Assembly (NCBI GenBank): GCA_027623195.1
Contig: JAQBUT010000012.1
Coordinates: 23,582 to 87,581 of the forward strand
DNA: 64,000 nucleotides
Direction: 5' to 3'
Source: Chloroflexota bacterium
GTDB lineage: Bacteria > Chloroflexota > Dehalococcoidia > Lucifugimonadales > JADFKI01
In this document: positions 60,432 through 64,000 of the stretch, piece by piece
Position numbering within the stretch: the first letter of the stretch is position 1
How the letters are laid out: each line of letters begins with the position of its first letter
Position numbers and translations under genes: made by a program
The notes under the pieces: generated by a model
Database searches by the model: none
Told to the model about the DNA's origin: nothing
What the model saw: only the letters and a program-made list of their open reading frames with translations

Positions 60432-61352
60432 CTAAGGTGTCTGGTCGCCTCGGGTATTCAGGACGATTGAGTACATGGATACGTCTGCCGCGATGTAAAG
60501 TCGGTTCTTGTCCGGTCCGCCGAAGCAGCAGTTAGCCGTGCGCTGTTCCGGCACCAGGATCTTGCCTAATAGCTCAGCTTCAGGGCTATAGACCTGTATG
60601 CCGTCCCAGGCGCTGGTGAAGATGTTGCCGTTCGTGTCGCAGCGAAATCCGTCGGGCATACCGGGCCGCACTACGGCGAATTCCCGGCTGTTCGTCAATC
60701 GCTTGCCGCCGATAACGTCAAACACGCGAATGTGGCCTGGCTCACCGGTGTCCGAAATGTACAGAAGGCTCTCGTCAGGGGAGAAGCATAGTCCGTTGGG
60801 CATATCGAAATCGTCGCCCACTATCTCCAGATCGCTGGAGTCCGGGTCCAGCCTGTAGACGTGGTTGGCGCCGATCTCGCTCTCTGCCTTGTGTCCCTCT
60901 CGGTCGCTGAGGATGCCGTAGGGCGGATCCGTGAACCAGATGGAGCCGTCGGACTTGACGACTATGTCGTTGGGAGAGTTTAGCCGCTTACCCTGGTAGC
61001 TTTCTGCCAACGTAACCACTGTGCCGTCGGGCTCCGTTCGGCTGATGCGACGACCACCGTGCTCGCAACTTACCAGGCGACCCTGGCGATCCCGAAAATG
61101 GCCGTTGGTGTAGCCGCACGGTTGCCGGAACACAGATTGTCCCTCGGCGTCGGACCACTTCATCATGCGGTCGTTGGGAATGTCGCTCCACAGCAGGTAG
61201 TCGCCGTCGGACACGTAAACAGGGCCCTCAGCCCACTCGGTTCCCGTGAAGTGCTTAATTAGCTTGGCGTTGGCAGGCAGCATGGCTTGAAACCGGTCGT
61301 CGTACACCTCGAAGCCTTCGCGGACTTCCTCTGCGGTTCGGTATGTTGTCAC
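60432..61352 (-). CDS. SMP-30/gluconolactonase/LRE family protein
   Basis: WAEGP, LNSPND, FTDPPYG, PNGLCFSPDE, PDG. Confidence 0.93.
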   Translation of the reverse strand: MTTYRTAEEVREGFEVYDDRFQAMLPANAKLIKHFTGTEWAEGPVYVSDGDYLLWSDIPNDRMMKWSDAEGQSVFRQPCGYTNGHFRDRQGRLVSCEHGGRRISRTEPDGTVVTLAESYQGKRLNSPNDIVVKSDGSIWFTDPPYGILSDREGHKAESEIGANHVYRLDPDSSDLEIVGDDFDMPNGLCFSPDESLLYISDTGEPGHIRVFDVIGGKRLTNSREFAVVRPGMPDGFRCDTNGNIFTSAWDGIQVYSPEAELLGKILVPEQRTANCCFGGPDKNRLYIAADVSMYSIVLNTRGDQTP

Positions 61353-61538
61353 AGCGGCTGTTACCTCGTTTTAATTATTTCTAGAATGTTTGGAATATTT
61401 GGAACAGGTGGCATGAAGTATACTCCAGAGGAGGGTTGTGTCCAAATTAGGTAGGCTTTCGAGCCGTTAAGGGATGGAGGTCGTTTCATTCGTAAATTAG
61501 CTTTTCTTGCAGCGCTAATTCCCATACTTCGGTTCTTC

Positions 61539-62558
61539 GTGTCCAAGGCCAGGGAGCAGTTCGATTCCGGCCATACGGTGCCGCAAAATGCGCCATTGGT
61601 GGAGATAGAGCAACACGCAGTGGAGATTGCTCGCGCCGCCGGAGCCATACTGGCGCGTAACTTCGCCAACGTGGCGTCGCTGAATGTGGAGTATAAGGAT
61701 GACAAGGAAAACGACCCCGTCACGAATGCTGACAAAGAGGCGCAGGACTATCTGAAGCAGGCCATTGCTCGGCGATTTCCGGGCCACGGCATCCTGGGCG
61801 AAGAAGATGAAGAAGATGAGTCGGTAGCTGCCGATTTCGTGTGGGTGCTGGACCCTCTGGACGGCACCAAGAACTTCTTGTCCGGATTGCCGCTGTACGC
61901 CTGTTCAATCGGGGTGATTTACAGAGGCATACCCGTGGCCGGTGCCGTTTTCCTCCCATGGCCGAAGGACGGTGGCGGTATAGTTCTCCATGCCCGCAAG
62001 GGAGGCGGGGCCTTTGCAGACTCCGAACCCATGTCCGTTATGAAGGGCACCGAGCCGAAGGGCAATCGCCTTGTGACGCTGCCTGGGGGATTCGGCGGCA
62101 TGTTCCGGATTGGCAAGCCGCTACACGGCAAGGTGGGCGAGGTGCGCATGACGGGCAGCATCGCCTATGAGCTAGCCATGGTGGCCAAGGGCGTAACACA
62201 GTTCACCATAACCACCGCGCCGTTGCTTTGGGACGCGGCAGGTGGCGTTATACTGGCGCAGGAGGCGGGAGGTCAGGTGCTGGTCGGCGAGCGTCGTAAG
62301 GGCGTTTTCGGCCTAACGAACGCTATGCGCTGGTCGCCGCTGATAAGCTTCTTCCCTCACTGGCGCAGTGGCTACACGACGATGGCTGAGCTACGCAAGT
62401 GGCGCAAGCCTCTGTTTCTCGGCAACGCTGAAGTGCTGAACTACGTCACGTCCAACATCAGCGGCCGGTACTCGCTCAGGCGTAAGGTGGTGCGGTGGGT
62501 GCGGAAGGCTGCCAGCGTTGGTAAGAAAAAAGAGGCGGCATTCGCGCGCGACACATAG
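61539..62558 (+). CDS. Inositol monophosphatase family protein
   Basis: VTNAD, GEE, WVLDPLDGTKNF, WDAAGG. Confidence 0.92.
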   Translation: MSKAREQFDSGHTVPQNAPLVEIEQHAVEIARAAGAILARNFANVASLNVEYKDDKENDPVTNADKEAQDYLKQAIARRFPGHGILGEEDEEDESVAADFVWVLDPLDGTKNFLSGLPLYACSIGVIYRGIPVAGAVFLPWPKDGGGIVLHARKGGGAFADSEPMSVMKGTEPKGNRLVTLPGGFGGMFRIGKPLHGKVGEVRMTGSIAYELAMVAKGVTQFTITTAPLLWDAAGGVILAQEAGGQVLVGERRKGVFGLTNAMRWSPLISFFPHWRSGYTTMAELRKWRKPLFLGNAEVLNYVTSNISGRYSLRRKVVRWVRKAASVGKKKEAAFARDT

Positions 62559-62582
62559 AGCCCACCGAGTAAAAACGACCGC

Positions 62583-63719
62583 CTAATTATCCTCAATGCA
62601 TTCCAGAAGTTCTCGCGCGAAGTAGAGACGCGGCCAAGAGTCTTCAATCAACACCAGAATGTTAAGTTTCACAAGTCTACGCAACAGTGTCCAGGCCCCT
62701 GGATTTGTAATACCCAAGATATTTGATGCCTGGGGCGCAGTAATAAAGGGCCTTGTGAACAGTTCATCAAGGAGGCGGAATGCATTTGCCGATTCGGTAT
62801 TGACCTGGAGTACACTTCGGTATTGGTCTTGAAGGTCGCGTATCCTCCTAACTCGTGCTACGGCATCTTTCGATTCCCTTTCGATGCCCTCGAGAAAGTA
62901 CTGCAACCATTTTTCCCAGTTTCCGGTTTCGCTCAATTCAAAAAGTTGGTCGTAATACAGATCCCTCTTTCGCTCAAAATAAGCGCTCAAGTAGAGGAGC
63001 GGGGTGGGCATTACACCTGCGGCGCAAAGGAACAGAATTATCAGGAGACGCCCGATTCGTCCATTGCCATCAAAATAAGGGTGAATTGCCTCGAACTGGT
63101 AATGTAATAGAGCGCATCGAATTAGAGGAGGCATATCCAATTCTTCATTGGCGAATTTTTCCAAGTCGAGGATAAGGTCTCTTAATAATTCTGAAGGTGG
63201 GGGAACAAATCTAGCGTCTTCGATAGGAGTCCCTTCCACGCCTATGTGGACCTGCTGATTTCTCAATTCACCGGGACGTCGTTCTTGTCCCCGCGTTCCC
63301 TCAAGTAGTATGGCGTGAATTTCATTTATTAGTCTTAGGCAGATGGGAAGACAATTAAGGTTGTCCATGCCATATTTGAGTGCCTTGACGTAGTTAAACA
63401 CCTCTATAACATCAAGATGAGGCTTTCCTGAGGCTTCATACATGAATAGATCAGACAGCGAGGCTTGAGTACCTTCAATTCTTGAGGAAAGCGTGGCTTC
63501 CCTTCTCATGAACGGTTGAATCAATAAATTTGGATTTGGTATGGTTTCGCCAACTCCCGCGAGGACACCTACAGCTCTGGAAGCCCTATCTAATGCGGAA
63601 ATTGTCGGAGATGTGAGTTTGAGGCTGCGAGGCAACTCCAATGGGACATACGCAAATTGGCCATTTCCAATACTGGCAAGGTCACCTATCGGACTCTCAC
63701 GTAGCCTTTGCATTGACAT
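62583..63719 (-). CDS. Fic family protein (Fic_N + Fic + C-terminal HTH)
   Basis: SSRIEG inhibitory motif, HPYFDGNGRIGR Fic motif; AT-richer than host genes. Confidence 0.93.
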   Translation of the reverse strand: MSMQRLRESPIGDLASIGNGQFAYVPLELPRSLKLTSPTISALDRASRAVGVLAGVGETIPNPNLLIQPFMRREATLSSRIEGTQASLSDLFMYEASGKPHLDVIEVFNYVKALKYGMDNLNCLPICLRLINEIHAILLEGTRGQERRPGELRNQQVHIGVEGTPIEDARFVPPPSELLRDLILDLEKFANEELDMPPLIRCALLHYQFEAIHPYFDGNGRIGRLLIILFLCAAGVMPTPLLYLSAYFERKRDLYYDQLFELSETGNWEKWLQYFLEGIERESKDAVARVRRIRDLQDQYRSVLQVNTESANAFRLLDELFTRPFITAPQASNILGITNPGAWTLLRRLVKLNILVLIEDSWPRLYFARELLECIEDN

Positions 63720-63748
63720 TTTTTAACTCCACATGAAAACTTACCTGC

Positions 63749-63780
63749 ATTATAAACTATTTAGCGTTTGAGTTTATAAT
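63749..63780. promoter_or_regulatory. Perfect 10-bp inverted repeat upstream of fic (candidate operator)
   Basis: ATTATAAACT-N12-AGTTTATAAT. Confidence 0.55.
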
Positions 63781-64000
63781 AGGGGTGCAATTTCTATTCT
63801 AGTTTAAATTACTCTATAAAACACTTCCTCTACTGATAGATAATCCACGAACAAATGGTCTATAACCTGATTGAATACCCTCTCCAACAATTCCCGCCCG
63901 AATGGTAGAATAGGGACATTCGAACTACTCAATAAACCTCGGTGAATCAGCATTTCTGATGCTTCCCTCATACTAAGCCAGCGTGGACTAAGGACAAAAA

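Noticed and set aside
1..64000. CRISPR arrays, tRNA/rRNA genes, transposases or integrases
   Set aside because: I saw no regularly spaced repeat-spacer pattern, cloverleaf signature or recombinase motif by eye. A covariance-model scan would be needed to exclude small RNAs.

Overview
This is a gene-dense, moderately GC-rich bacterial chromosomal window with about 63 CDS and no rRNA, tRNA, CRISPR array or intact IS that I can recognise. The gene content includes luciferase-like monooxygenases, F420-type oxidoreductases, a CaiB CoA-transferase, an enolase-superfamily dehydratase, HpcH aldolases, a xanthine-dehydrogenase-family Mo enzyme and many amidohydrolases. That suggests a SAR202-like Chloroflexota (Dehalococcoidia) heterotroph, which is an inference. 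The main blocks are: a complete phoB-phoR-pstSCAB-phoU locus with two 11-bp-periodic PHO-box-like arrays; a CoxM/S/L-like molybdenum hydroxylase operon with a MoaD-like gene; a long run of catabolic paralogs; a two-component system next to a spondin-domain gene; and trpB, mazG, sppA and a Fic gene. The most notable signals are five. (1) A hidden selenoprotein that the ORF track splits in two (53227-53772, GD-UGA-GSC), with a SECIS-like hairpin directly after the UGA, downstream of a Cys-tailed FmdB-type zinc-ribbon gene. (2) A PLD nuclease fused to a DpnI-type winged-helix domain (candidate m6A-dependent restriction enzyme), coupled to a small acidic ORF. (3) An unannotated 39-aa signal-peptide-like ORF with a strong RBS and a structured leader. 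(4) A shared CCTTACGAA-N11-TTACG motif upstream of both the response regulator and the spondin gene. (5) A frameshifted aldo/keto reductase. All calls come from motif recognition by eye; no database searches were run.
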